Assembly (NCBI GenBank): GCA_025594325.1
Contig: JANHCV010000014.1
Location: forward strand, 682,001 to 746,000
Length of the DNA stretch: 64,000 nucleotides
Reading direction: 5' to 3'
Source of the DNA: Blastocladiella emersonii ATCC 22665
Taxonomy: Eukaryota; Fungi; Blastocladiomycota
Shown: one piece after another, positions 10,929-23,499 of the stretch
Numbering within the stretch: the stretch's first letter is position 1
How the letters are laid out: each line of letters starts with the position of its first letter
The notes under the pieces: model-generated
Seen by the model: the letters and a program-made list of their open reading frames with translations, nothing else
Told to the model about the DNA's origin: nothing
The model's database searches: none
Position numbers and translations under genes: made by a program

Positions 10929-13353
10929 ATGAATCGAATGGAAAAAGCGCGAGACTCCCTGCAACTCGTCATGGATGTTACTGCGGATGCTGGGGCGCCA
11001 GCGGCGGGGCTCCTTGCCCAGCTCTCAATCAGCGGGGTCAGCGCCTCGCTTGCTGCGCTTCCCGACTTGGTGATCACTTCCGTTCTTCAACTCGCACGCC
11101 CACGTTCGGTGAGCTGTACCGCATCGCGCTGCTTTGCCGAGGCCGCGCGTGACTCCCGCCTTGCTCTCGCTTGGGTGCCCGTTGCACTTGGCCGCCTTGC
11201 GAATCCGCAGCTCGCCCTCAAGTATGTTGTTGCCCGTCCAGGCCGAGTCTATTCCGAGCTTGCGTTTGTTCTCGACCAATCCGATTTTAACTCGAAACTT
11301 TCCAATCCAGTCGAGGGGATTGCGCGCCCAGTCCCGCAACTTCTTCTCGCGCTGATGCAAGGCTCCATGCTTGCACAGCGCCAACGCGTCAACCGAAATC
11401 TTTCGAGCTTCTTGAATATGTCCAAGCAGGCTTTGCACGAATACCTCACTGTTGCCCCTGCCACGGCAGCTCAAAGTGGTCCCAAACTAAGCGGTTATTC
11501 ACACGCGCACCTCGTCGCCCCATTCCATCTTCTGACCGCTGCCGTACGGCTTAACGATCCCGTGCTACTTCAAAATCTGCTTGATATCGTGGCGCGCGAT
11601 ATTCCTCTCATTTTCGAGGTGCAGCTGCCTGCAGCTCTCTGGTGGAAGCTGACTCTTCGTGGCGACCTCCTGTTCACTAACTACGACACAACTGGGTCAC
11701 TTGGGAATACGTCGCGGTCGATTTCGTTCATCTCGCAGCTTGTCATCCTCTCTGCCGTCCTGTGGAGATGCCAGAGCTTCCCTCTTCTGACCGACTCGCG
11801 GTTTGGAGTTGACCTCGACATCCTTCCACACGCCCTTGGCGACAATTCGGTTGCTCCCTTCGCAATCCAGTACCTTGCTGAACGGGCGCAGTCCCCCGCG
11901 ATTTGCATGCCCATCTTTGACTGGCTCATGCGCACGCGCAAGCCAGGCGTCTTGCGGACTCCTAGTGGGACGCACATCGCATCAATTTTAGTTTGCCCTG
12001 CTCTCAAAGAATTTCTCCGCTGCACTGCGACGCAACATCCAACTTGTATCAGCGAGGGTTTGGGCGAGCGCGACTTTGAGCTGCTCTCTCACAAGTATCT
12101 TACCTGGACCCTTGACGACATTGACTTCGATCTGCTCTTAACATTGCATTCACTGAATCTCGTCACGGACGAAGCTTGGACCCATATTATCTTCCTGGGG
12201 TTGCTCCAGGACAAGGGGCCTGGCACTGATTTGATCTTGTCGTTCCTGGCCGAGCTTCCTTTTGCTGGACTAAAAGGCAGTGTTGCTGGAGGTATGCTCA
12301 AATTCTGCTCTATATTCACCAACCAAGCGGGCGCTGACAAGAACTCGCGCGCCGTCCTTAGCATTCGCCCAAAGTCTCGCGCGCTCCTACACGGACAGTC
12401 GTGGCGCGAGTTTTGTGCTCCGTTTTGCCCACCGCAAATTCGGACACGATTACCTTGAAGGCGTATCGCCCGTCTACGCCATGGGGATCAACCATGTGTT
12501 CGCTTCCGCTTGCAATCATCTTGGTAAATCCCGCGCAACGGCATTTGTTAAGTCCACTCTTGGCCGGGTATTTGCCTGCACCAAGGAGCAGGTTGAGCCT
12601 TGGTATCTCTTCCTTCTCGCAAACCACATGATCGATCAGATCTCATGTCTCCAGCTGCCGGGTCTGGACGAAGTTGCGTGGCTTCCCGTTGTTGTTTTAA
12701 GCGACCCAATGACACGAGGTCCAGCGCTTGCCCTTATCCGTCAAAGCAAGACTGCACGCTCATTCCTTGTGGCCATGCTTCTGAGCCAGCTCTCAAACTC
12801 CTCGACTTGGCTTCCGCATGGGGATTACCAGCGCTGCCTACTCCAAGCACACGACTTGTGGTTTGCCGCCATGTCCGACCTTCAGCGGATCTTGGCCGAG
12901 TTTGACCCAGACACGAAGTCAGCGTGGTTCCCACCTCTTCTCCTGTGTCACATCTACGAGGGCATGCTGATTGAGCCTGAAAATGGGCTCAACAAGTTGC
13001 TTTCCTCGGAACTCGCGGGAAATGCCAGTCCAACCCTTTGCGCGGGGTGCGGGGCTAGATCGGTGCTTCGCATTCGCCAGACGTACGAGTTCCTTGCACG
13101 CAACCAGCTTTTTGCAACCTTAGCGGCGTGCGGACGCGCGTCCGTCGTACCTCTTGCATTTTGGAAGCTTGTGCCCGAAGGAGAAATTGACCATGTGAAA
13201 GATTCCTTTTGGGTTGCCCAGATGGTCCACAAGGCCAAGGCCAAGTTAACTTCCCGCGCAGCGAACGATATTCGCAACGAGATTCACCGTATCGCTCCCG
13301 AGGCCGTGCCGATGCTCAAGTATGGTAACGTTACGTTTGGGTTGCTTTGGTGA
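10929..13353 (+). CDS. Large F-box-like family protein A (apparently intact, 2 exons)
   Basis: LAALPDLVITSVLQLARPR motif. The predicted intron 12292-12361 (gtatgc...gctgac...ttag) joins ORF 10929 to ORF 12280 in frame, at the same position as in paralogs. Family motifs MPIFDWL, CAGCG and PLAFWKLVPEG. Confidence 0.75.
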
Positions 13354-13532
13354 ACCTCCCCCGTGCCGTTATTTGATTTCAATATAATTTTTTGTTCGTT
13401 CTTGTCAAGCGTTGATCGAAGTTTGGACTCAAAGCCGTGGAAAGAGGTGCAGTCTTCCATCATTAACACATCGCGCAAATTGACCCTCAATGTTCCTGCT
13501 TCCTTACTGGATCAATTTTTGTCGGCTCAGTC

Positions 13533-13578
13533 GCGCGTCGCGATATCATATGATGGCCTCATGTGTGGCGCAACGCGT
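13533..13578. promoter_or_regulatory. Orphan copy of the composite motif (GCGCGT-N7-TCATATGA...GTGGCGCAACGCGT)
   Basis: Same position relative to the APE-RT stop as the 3272 and 32770 copies, but no ankyrin gene follows. Confidence 0.5.
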
Positions 13579-13643
13579 CCTCTCGCCGCTATTTGGCGCA
13601 AGCGTACCGTCAGTGAACGGGAGCAATAATCTATATTTAGAGG

Positions 13644-15575
13644 TTAAAAGACGAAAATTTTCGCGCACCTAGTGTAGGCGTTGTTCGTTTTTGATGACCA
13701 CAGCGACGGCGAGCCCTTGACCTTGACCGCGAGCAGCTGCAGCTCGCTGAGGCACACGTCATACACGATCTCCCAGATCAGATCCGTCTCCACAACGGCC
13801 TGTGGGATCCCGCGCCCGTGGAACAGCTTGCGGCCCAGCTCCTCGCGCCTCATGTGGCACGTGTAAAACTTGATGAAGATGGATGGAAGGCAAAACCGCT
13901 CCATTGCGAGCGTGATGAGCTCCGGCGGGACCGAGTACAGCGCCGTGTTCTTGGACAAAAAGTACGGCCAAAGCGAGTCCCTTGCAGCGCTGAGAGTGAT
14001 AAACCCGGTTTGTAGCGCCACGGTTCGGATCGCGTGCAGAACCGCCCCGCTTTCGGGACCGTCGGAATCGAGCGAGACTTTGAGTTCCGGCGCACCGCAC
14101 AGCACACCGTACGTGGCGAGGGTCTCGCGGATCCGCGTAACAAAAAGCTTCATGAGCAGCGAGGCGGCGGCGGCGGACAGCAGGGGGTTGGAGCGGAAGC
14201 GGATGACGGGAATGAGCCCAGGTATCACTACGTATGAGGGCCCTGAGTCAGCAGGCGAAGGCGTGACACGCGTGCGTAGGCACAGTGCGAAGAAGTCGCA
14301 GAGGGTCGACGCGGCCACGTGGCCAGCGTTGGCAATGAGCCGCGTCGCGAGATCGGTGATTTCTGGTCCAATGTTCATGGCCGCGTTCAACTCTTCGACC
14401 GTTGGCGGGTCCATCAGATTGGTCCAGATGTCGGCCGAAACGTGGTCAAGCGGGGCGAACGCGCGGGTCCATGGGCCGAAAAGCAAAACCTGGCTATCAG
14501 CACCAGGCACGGACGCACCATTTTTGTTCTTGATGAGCCATTCTTGCGCATGACGCGCAGGAAGTCCCCACGGTGTAAGGAAATTCGAAGCCAAGCTGTT
14601 GAGGCCAAGCTTAAGGTAATCAATCCTTCGGCGGGCCGATCTGACGCGACGTGTGGCCAAATCCGTGGTGCGGAAACAGGAGCTCACTTTGCTTGGTCTT
14701 GAGAAGCAATTTCACACGATCGACTGCGTCCTTCCACGGCTGATTGAGCTTCACCGGGACCCGTCGTCTAACGTAGCGCGCGAGAAGCGCGACATGTTTC
14801 TTGGACGCGCCCGCCTTGCGCAATCGCTTGGCCTGCAAAGCTCAGAGCTTTGGCATCCAGGTCGTCGAAATGATGAAGCCAGGTGAGCGTCTGCGTATAC
14901 GGATCGTTACCCAGACGTGCATTAAACTCGTCCGCTCGAAACGGCATCACTCAGAAGCAAGTCCGCGCAGAAGCCTCGACGAGGAGCGAGATCGAGTCCC
15001 ACGCCTTGCTGACGTCGCTGCCAACCAGGGACGCCCGTTTGATGCTTCGAGAGAACTTGGCCGCGGCGCGCTCGGTAAAGTATCTTCATGGGCTGGATGA
15101 AAAGGTGCCCCTGATTGGAGGTTTCCGGGCGAAGGAACGGCGCAAGCGGTGCTTTAAACAGCACGATGAGGCCGCCGGGGACTTGCGCCGCGGGGACGCC
15201 AGGTTGCTCGAAGTAATGCGTGTACGCATGGCGACTGACCCAGCCGGGTAACAATTCGCAAGCACCGCCGTCGTCGTCGGCTTCGGTGAGGCAAGTGTCG
15301 ACGAGAACAGCGATCGCCGGATTCGGGCGCGCATCCAGCAGGGCTGAGAGCGCGGCAAGCTTGGCCGGTCTCGTCTCAGGATCGGCAAGCGTGCCAGGGT
15401 GCTGAATCAAGATATCCATGTGCTCGGGCGGCGGGGCGCCCCGAGCGACTGGCCGCGGGCCGGACCGCTCGGCGGGCTTCGAATAAGTGTCCGCGCAAGG
15501 CCGCCAGCTCGCGGCAGCAGATCCGCTTGGGCGCTAGGTGCCAGTTGCATGAGGTCTAATGCATTCGTTTTCCAT
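13644..15575 (-). pseudogene. Degenerate APE-RT-derived gene, copy 2
   Basis: ATG at 15575 (MENEC) with a TAG at codon 14, in frame with MDILIQH (15419). APE-like AIAVLVDTCLT and GGLIVLFK. RT-like WTRAFAPL..PPTVEEL, LWPYFLSKNTALYSV and GIPQAVVETDLIWEIVYDVCL. Several frameshifts. Confidence 0.8.
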
Positions 15576-15772
15576 GGCGACGGGTGCTCAGGGCACGATG
15601 GGGGAGCGTTGAGCGAGCGGCCGTGCGATCCGCTCGTTATTGGCGGGCGCCACATCACATGATACTTAAACGCGACCGGTGCGAGACAGCTCCGCGCGAG
15701 ACACGCGCGTTTGGTCCCGACCTGACGCACAACGACGGGTACGCAAGTACAGCTAAATCTCTGCTTTCCACA

Positions 15773-17904
15773 TCACTCCGCCTCCTTGCCCCCGCGCTTG
15801 ACCTCCTCCGCGAACCCCGCCAACGCGCCGAGGACCACATCATACACGATCTCCCACACAATCCGCGACTCGACACGTCCCCGCGGAATCCCTTGTTTCC
15901 CACCCATCACGCCCTGCACAGACAGCTCCACAAACTCTTCAGGCATCCGCACCCGCCGCATCGCCCCCTCGACCACCTCGCGCGGGACCGCGTACGCCGC
16001 CGTCGTATGCGACGCGAACACCCGCCACGGCGATGTAGGGGAAACACACGCGAGCGCGGCGGCGGCCTTGACGTGCGCGTTTGCGGCGCCGTGGCGCGGG
16101 CCGGTGGTCGTCACGGTCTTGAGCTGTTCGGCGCCGCGCAGGATGTCCGGGTGCGCGTCGAGTACGGTGCGGACGCGCTCCGTCAAGATTTTGGCGAGGA
16201 CCGCAGCCAGCGCGCCGCCCAGCGTCGTTGAGCGGACGCGGTCGACAGGCACGCGCGACGACGGGAACACGACGTACGGCCGCGCTCCGCCCTCCACCGG
16301 TTTGGGCAGAGTTCGCGTGCGCAAGCACTCGGCGAGCGTCGCGAGCAGGACCCCCGCGGCCGTCTCGCCCGCGTTCGCGAGGAGCTGCGCCGCGAGATCG
16401 CTCGACTCGGGCCCCGCGTTGAGCGCGGCGTCGAGCTCGTCGCGTCGGCGGGCGCATCAGGCCGGCCCACAGTTCGGGGTTGACGTGTGCGGCGGGGGGC
16501 GAACGCGCGGGTCCACGCTTCCGCGTCGTGGATCCACGCGCGGGCGCGCGGGGTCGCGGCGACGGTGGACGGCGTGGCGGCGGCAGCGAGGGTGTGCAAC
16601 CCGTCGTGCGCAGGCAATGGGCGCGCGGCGTAGTCGTGCTCAGCGAGCAAAGCGGCCCGTTTCGCGGTGACGAGGTCCGCGATGCGTTTCGCCGCGTCGC
16701 GGCGCAGCTGCGCGTCCGCGTCCTTGGCGGGTTTCGCGGCGAGCAGGTCGAGGTCCGCCTTGCCCGCGCCGCACTCGATCGCGACGAGCCGCGCGCTGCG
16801 GTCGAGCCCCCGCGCCCCGCTCTTGCCCTTTTTACTGAGAGTGCGCAGCGCGCCGAGCGCCATCGAGTACACGTCCTGGCCGCGCGACGAGACGAATTTG
16901 GCGGGGTCGAACGGCTCGAGCGGCAAGTGCTCGTCGGCCGCTGTGTCAACCACTTCCACAAGCCGCGCCCACCCCGCCGCGGTTTTGGGGGAATCCATCT
17001 CCTCGACGCGGTTCGAGAACGCAAACCAGTCGTCGAACCCGGCCGCGCTGGCCTTGAGCATCAAGGCGCCGCGGCCGGCGAGCTCGAGCGGGATGCGGAG
17101 TTTGGCACTGCTGACGAGGTAGTGGCCGAGCGTGTTCGCGAACACGACGGCGCCGCTGGCGTCGTGCACGGAGAAGCCGTCGGCGACGTCGAGCGCGTGG
17201 TGCGACGCCATCACCCGGCCCGATGCGCGCGGGGTGGTGACGCCGAACACGGCGGCGACGTCCACGAGCCCGTGCTTGAGCAACGTCCGCGCGAGCGCGT
17301 CGGTGAACGTGCCCGCGACAAGGACACCATTCCCCTCCTCGCCGGCCCCACCGCCGCACGCGGTCGCCGCGATACGCACGACGACCCGTTCCGTGCCCTC
17401 ATCCCGCTCCCCACCCAAATACACCCCAACAACCACGAGCTCACGCTTCCCTCCCACTGCAAACCGCTGCACGAGCACACTGTCCGCGTACCCCTCATCC
17501 GTCGCGATAAACGCCGCGAACCGCTGATTCACCAGGACCGCAACCCCTCCAACCCCGCCCTCACTCCTCACCTTCGTGCTCCGAGAAGCGAACCGCGCGT
17601 CGGGCGGGAGAAGGCGGCGGCTCGCCGCTCTGTCGAGAACATACCGCGTGTTGGTCAAGACGACGAGGGCGGCGGACGGGTACGCGGTGACGAGGGCGGC
17701 GGGGGCGGACGGGTCGGCGGCGAGCCCGTTTGGGGAGGTGTGGAGGACGAGGTCCATGCGGCGCGCGAGGAGGGCGGCGGGGGTCGTGGACCACGCGCCG
17801 TAGGTCGGCGCGGGTTTGCGCGGGCGCGGGCCGCCGTTGTTGGGAGCGGGGTCAGCGCGGTCGGTGGGATGGGTTGCAGCAAGTCCAGTGCATTCGTTTT
17901 CCAT
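15773..17904 (-). CDS. APE-RT-derived pseudo-enzyme, copy 3 (GC-rich, probably intact)
   Basis: About 710 codons. APE-like LVVLTNTRY, GGVGGVAVLVN, LVVVGVYLGG and VLVAGTFT. RT-like WRVFASHTTAAYAV and GIPRGRVESRIVWEIVYDVVL. I see only two frameshifts (~16440-16500), one at a C run, which may be assembly errors. Confidence 0.7.
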
Positions 17905-18155
17905 GGTTGGTGTTGCCGTTGAGGGAGAGAGCGGCCGGCGGCGGCGGTGGCCATCAACAAGGGCCGCTCAGGGCGCGGTGTGTGGAACGTGAAACAGATG
18001 ATACATAAACGAGAACAGACACGAGCGAGCGGAGCGGGGGCGAGTCGTCGCCGGGATGAGGATGATGGGATGAGACGACGATGAGGGGGAGGAGGGGTAT
18101 GCCATAGAGAAGAAGGGCGGTAGTCACAGCGACGCCGGGCCCCCACACCCAGCGC

Positions 18156-18848
18156 TCAGCACGCGCACGACGACGCCCCCGCGGCCGCCGCGTCCTTGCC
18201 GCCGCCCGACGAGACATCGACGCTCTCGACGCGGTCCGTCTCGCCCTTGGGCCTGCTCGCGACCTGCTCGGCGAACTCGTCAAAGAGGGACTTGACGCCG
18301 TCCATGGTGCGCGCCGACACCTCGCGGTACTCTGCCCCCACCTCGGTCGCGTACGCCTCGGCCTCGTCGCGCGAGACCACGCGCTCGTCGGCCGCGACAT
18401 CGAGCTTGTTGGCGACGACGCACATGGCGACGTTGCGCTCGGCGGCGCAGAACCGGCGCGCCTCGGCGATCCACGTGGCGAGGTTGGTGAAGGACTCGCG
18501 GTTGGTCACGTCAAACACGACGAAGACGACGGCGGCGCCGCGGTAAAAGGACGAGGTCAGGGTGCGGAACCGCTCCTGGCCGGCCGTGTCCCAGATGTAC
18601 ACCTTGTACTGCACGCCGGCGTACTCGCGCTTGAGCAGGCGGAAGTCGACGCCGACGGTCGCTACGGCTTCGCCCGGAGGGAGGAAGCGTTGCTCCGTGT
18701 AGCTCAGCAGCAGGGACGATTTCCCCGTGCCCGAGTCGCCTGGAGGTTACGGGTGGGGGGTGAGTACGGCGAGGTCGGCGGGGGCAGCGCGAGAAGCGCA
18801 CGAACCGATGAGGATCATCTTGATCCCGTTGGCCGACTTGTCGCTCAT
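18156..18848 (-). CDS. RAB18: Rab-family small GTPase, Rab18-like
   Basis: Exons 18848-18806 and 18739-18156, intron 18805-18740 (GT..gtaac..AG). GDSGTGKS, VGVDF, WDTAGQERFRTLTSSFYRGA, NKLD, and C-terminal CAC prenylation motif. The subfamily call is less certain than the Rab call. Confidence 0.9.
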
Positions 18849-19191
18849 GGCTGCGTGTGGTTCGATGCGTTGCAGCGAGTGTGCGTGCGGTGTTGTTGAT
18901 GCGTTTGCCTCGTGGAGCAGAGCGAAGGTTGCTGCGCACGGCTCCCTGAACGGGGCGCGGCGCAGGCGCGGCGGCTGACGCAGGCGGCGGAGGGGCGCGG
19001 ATTTTCGCGCAGTTTGTGCGGACGCCGTTCGCCCCGCTCGCCGCCGCCACCTCGTGCGGGCGTGTCTGCTTGCTCGCGACCATCAAGCTCGCGACCATCG
19101 AGCTCGCGACCATCGAGCTCGCGGCCGTCGTCCCTCAGACATGTCTCACGCGCGTGCTGAGCAATAATTCCTAGTCTGTATCAACCCGTCC

Positions 19192-21102
19192 TTACACCTT
19201 GGCCATACTCCGCACCATCTCAATCAGCATCCGCGTCGGGCGTCCCGACATGCCCGCGGTGTTATACCCGTCGGCGGCGCGCGCGTAGTGCATGACGCCG
19301 GCCATATCGATATGGACGTACGGCACCGCCCCCAGGATCTCCCCCTCGGCCGACACCTCGGCCGCGAGCGCCTTGGCGGCGGGCACCGCGGGGCGGAGGA
19401 ACTGGTGCAGGAAGATAGCCGCGGTACACGCCCCTGCACTCCGGTCGCCGGCGTTCTTGAGGTCGGCCACGCTCGACTGCATCTGCGCGAGGTACGCCGG
19501 GTCGAGCGGCATGCGCCACGCCTTATCGCCCGACTTCTCGGCCGCCCGCGCGACGTGCGCCCACAGGTGGTGGTGCGACGCGAACACGCCCGTGTACACG
19601 CGGCCGAGGGCCACGTCCATGGCGCCCGTGAGCGTGGCCACGTCGATGACGGCGGCGGGCTGGAACGACGTGGCGTGGTACAGCGCGTCGGCGAGGAGGA
19701 GGCGGCCTTCGGCGTCCGTGTTGTCGATCTCGATGGTGAGCCCGTTGCTGGCGCGGACCACGTCTCCGGGCTTGACGGACGAGGACGAGGGCATGTTCTC
19801 GCACAGCGGGATCAGGGCCACGATGTTGATGGGCAGGCGGAGCCGCGCGATGCCGTGCAGCGACGCGAGCACGGTCGCGGCGCCGCCCATGTCGCCGCGC
19901 ATCAGGCCCTACAGTTCGGGGGGAGTGTGAGACACCCGCTCGGTTCCGAGCGAAGAGAAGAGAAAGCGTACCATGCCGGCCGACGGCTTGATACTGATGC
20001 CGCCGCTGTCGAACGTGACGCCCTTGCCGACGAGCGCCACGTCGCACACGCTCTCCTTGTTGCTGACGGCCGTCTCGCTCGACTCCTCCACCACCTTCCC
20101 CTGCGCGCCCGCGAGCTCGCGCCCGCGGTAGTGGATCTCGAGGTACTGCAGCGGCTCGGCCGACCCCTTGGCGACCGCGTGGAACGCGTGCATGCCGCGG
20201 GCCAGCACCCACGCCTCGTCGTGCACCTTGACCGTCACCCCACCGAGGTCCTTGAACTCGTTGAGCGCCGTCTCGGCGAAAAGCCGCGGCGTCATGAGGT
20301 TGGCGGGGGTCTCCATGAGGTACCGCGCCAGGTTCTGCGACTGCGCGAGGACGCGGCCCGTGCTCAGGTCCGTCGGGGAGGGGACCGCGCCGGCGGCGGG
20401 GATGGCGTTGAGCGCGTCGCACACGTCGCCCGTGCGGGACAGGACCGAGATGTCGACCGGGGTTGAAGTGGGAGGGGTGGTGGTGGTAGCGGGGTCCGCG
20501 GACTTCTTGGGCTTGGGCTTGGTCTTGAGGTGGTCAAACTTGTACAGGGCGAGCGCGGCGCCCTCGGCCACGGACCGCGGGCAGTTGGCGAACGCCTCGA
20601 CGCCGATGCGCCGCGCGCCGACGTCCTGCAGCGCCTTGACGCCGATCGCGGACTACATATCGACGAGTTAATCCCATCCAGCCGAGAACCGAGTAAGAAT
20701 GACACGCACCACTTTACGCGCACGCTCCCACGCGACCCCCTCATTGACCTCGCCCTCCGGCCGCTTCCCGAGCCCGACAACCGCAACACGCGGCGGGACC
20801 ACGGGCGCGCTGGGTCCATCGTCCTCGGGCGCCGGCGGGTAGAAGACGCGCGCCTCGCCGAGCTTGCCGCGGAAGCCCGACCGCTCGAGCTGCCCGAACA
20901 GCGCGTTGTTGGTGCGGTCGTTGATCGCAAACGCCGTCGCCGAGAAGAGCTCGAGCGACGGCGTCTCGCCCTCGTAGCAGCCGACCACGACGCCGTCGGG
21001 GGTCGGCGAGGTGTCGGGCGTGGCGGAGGTGTAGCGGCGCGCGGCGAGGGTCGCGGCGCGGCGCGGCAGCACGGCCGAGCGCAAGGCGAGGTGGCGCCAC
21101 AT
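19192..21102 (-). CDS. Leucine aminopeptidase, peptidase family M17, with a likely mitochondrial presequence
   Basis: GKGVTFDSGGISIKPSAGM|GLMRGDMGGAA and NTDAEGRL signatures. Two introns (~20655-20709, ~19912-19971). Arg/Ala-rich N-terminus MWRHLALRSAVLPRRAATLAARRY. Confidence 0.93.
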
Positions 21103-21432
21103 GGTAGTGCAAGAAGTTAAGGTCGAGTGAGTGTTGATTCGTGGGCGGCGGCGATCGGCCTCGACGGGGGAGCGAGAACTGAAGGACGAAGGGCCAACAA
21201 AGCAACGCCGAGCGCGTTTCCGAGCGCACGTGCGGTCGCCGGCTTGCCGCACGTGTGGCGCCACACGAATTCCGGTCGCCTTCCTCTCGGTCGCCCTCCC
21301 TCTCCCTCTCTCTCTCTGCAACCCCATCACTTGAATCTATCTGCTGCGCCCGCAACGGGTCGACCTCGCCTAGACGACGACGACGACACTACCGCGACAC
21401 CGACCCTGCGCCCGCCCGCCGTCCGCTTCACG

Positions 21433-23237
21433 ATGCCGCCGCCGCCGTCGTCGGAGAAGCCTGGGGCGCCGCCATCGTGGCCACCGCACCCGCAGCAGCC
21501 GACCTCGCAGTCGCAGTCGACCGACTCGCTGTCGTCCTCGGCCTCGACGCTCGCCACCACCGCCTCGCCCGCGTCCAGCTCATCGACCGCGCACCACGCG
21601 CAGCAGCAGGTCACCACCGCCGCGACGCCGCCGCCAGGCATCCCGGGCCTCGCCCCGCCGCTCCTCGTCTTCCCGCCCGGCTACATGGCTGCCGCCGAAC
21701 CCACCGCCACCGCCACCCCGCGCGCCCCGGAACCACCGCCGTCGCGCGTCCGCGGCTGCTGCGAGTCGGTCGTGACGTGGGGCCTGCGGCTGACGCCCGT
21801 CGCCTTTGTCACGGGGATCATGGGCTGGTCGCTGTACGCGTTCCAGGCCGTCGTCGTCCCGTTCATGGACGGGGACGCGAACCATGTCGCGGTGCGCGTC
21901 GTTCACGCCGTGTTCTGGGGGCTCGCGATCGTCTCGTACCTCCGCGTGTGCACGACGCCGCCCGGCGCGCCGCCACCGCCGGTCAGGGAGACGGAGTCGG
22001 TTGCGACGGCGGTTGCGGTTGAAGACGGTGGGAAAATGGAGGCGGTTTCGGCGTCACCCGTCCACCACGCCGTCGAGGTCGACCACGAAGATGAACACGT
22101 CCCTCTGGTAGCCATGCTGTCGTCCACCCCGCCGGAATCGGCCTTGTCGTCGATACCGGTCTGCGCTTCGCGTCTCGCTTCATGCGGTTTCTGGGTAGTT
22201 GACTGATACGCCGACTGATGTGTAGCCCATCACCGTCAAGGGGAACGGCGCACCGCGGTTCTGCCGCAAGTGCAACGTGCCGAAACCTGACCGCGCGCAT
22301 CACTGTACGTTTCTCAACGGATGCTTTGCGGGTGTGGATGAGCTGATCGGCAATGGTTTAGGCCGGATATGCCAGCAGTGTGTGCTCAAGATGGACCAGT
22401 ACGTTTTCGCGAGTTACTCGCGTCAACGATCGCTCGACTGATCCGACTGATTGCGTGTAGCCACTGCCCGTGGGTCGCCAACTGCGTCGGGTTCTACAAC
22501 TACAAGGTGCGTCTCTCGCTTGACTGGCACACCCGCGCGCGCGAAACTAACCCGTCGCCGTAGTTCTTCCTGCTCTTCCTCTTCTGGCTCTCGGCCTACT
22601 GCATCTTCACCTTCTTCCTCACCGTGCCCTACTGTATCGAAGCGCTCGCGCGCGCGCCCATCGACGTACGCGCTCGCTTTCTCCCACTCCCCCACACCCG
22701 CTCACCGTTTCCCCGCGCCATAGGAATTCTCGAGCGCGTCACAAGTCCTCGGCCTGACCCTCGCCTCGTGCCTGTTCGGCCTGACCCTCGTCGCCTTCCT
22801 CGGCTACCACGTCTCGCTCGTCGCGCGCAACTCGACGACTATCGAGGCCATGGAGGAGCAGCGGTTCCAGCAGCAGCGCCACCGCCCCACCGCCGCCGCG
22901 GAAACCGCGCGCGCGAGCCCGTGGGATCTCGGATGGCGCAGGAACTGGACCCAGGTCATGGGCGCTAGTCCCGCGTGGTGGCTCGTGCCCGTCTCGACGT
23001 CGATTGGGTACGCTGCGACGCGGATTCGGGGTTCGAGGCGAGATGCTAACGTGTGCGTGTGCGTTTAGCGACGGAATCCGGTTCCCCGTCAACACCGCCG
23101 CCGACGTCCTGGACGGCGGCGGCCACGACGACGCGTGTGCGGAACCACCCGGCGGCGGCGGAGGCGGCGCGGGCAGTGGGTCCGCGCTCCCGCCCGCCGC
23201 GTCGGCGGCGGACGCGGACGCGGGACGGTTTGTATAG
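21433..23237 (+). CDS. DHHC palmitoyltransferase (Pfa3/ZDHHC2-15-20-like), multi-exon
   Basis: Spliced reading gives RFCRKCNVPKPDRAHHC|RICQQCVLKMDH|HCPWVANCVGFYNYK|FFLLFL, then NSTTIE and PWDLGWRRNWTQVMG. About 6 short introns. Confidence 0.9.
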
Positions 23238-23499
23238 AGCAGGGCGTGGACGGGAGGGTTGAGGCGGATGTGTGTAGCAGGTAATCTATGTGCCCCCACT
23301 GTTATGACTCGTTACCTGTTCGACGTCTTGGGCTTCCGCCCCGCCGGGCTGCCCCTGGGTTGTATCGCTCATACCGCACTCGGCCTTGGACTGGTATGCT
23401 CTGTGTACTGGTAAGCGGCACGATGGTCATGGAACCGCAGTCGCAGCTCGCGAGCAAGCAGCCCGCGATCGTCTACGAGATCAATGAAATCTCGAACTT

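Noticed and set aside
5302-17904. APE-like genes as the endonuclease of a Helentron
   Set aside because: They lie outside the Helitron ends, on the opposite strand, and are fused to RT-like sequence rather than to the helicase.
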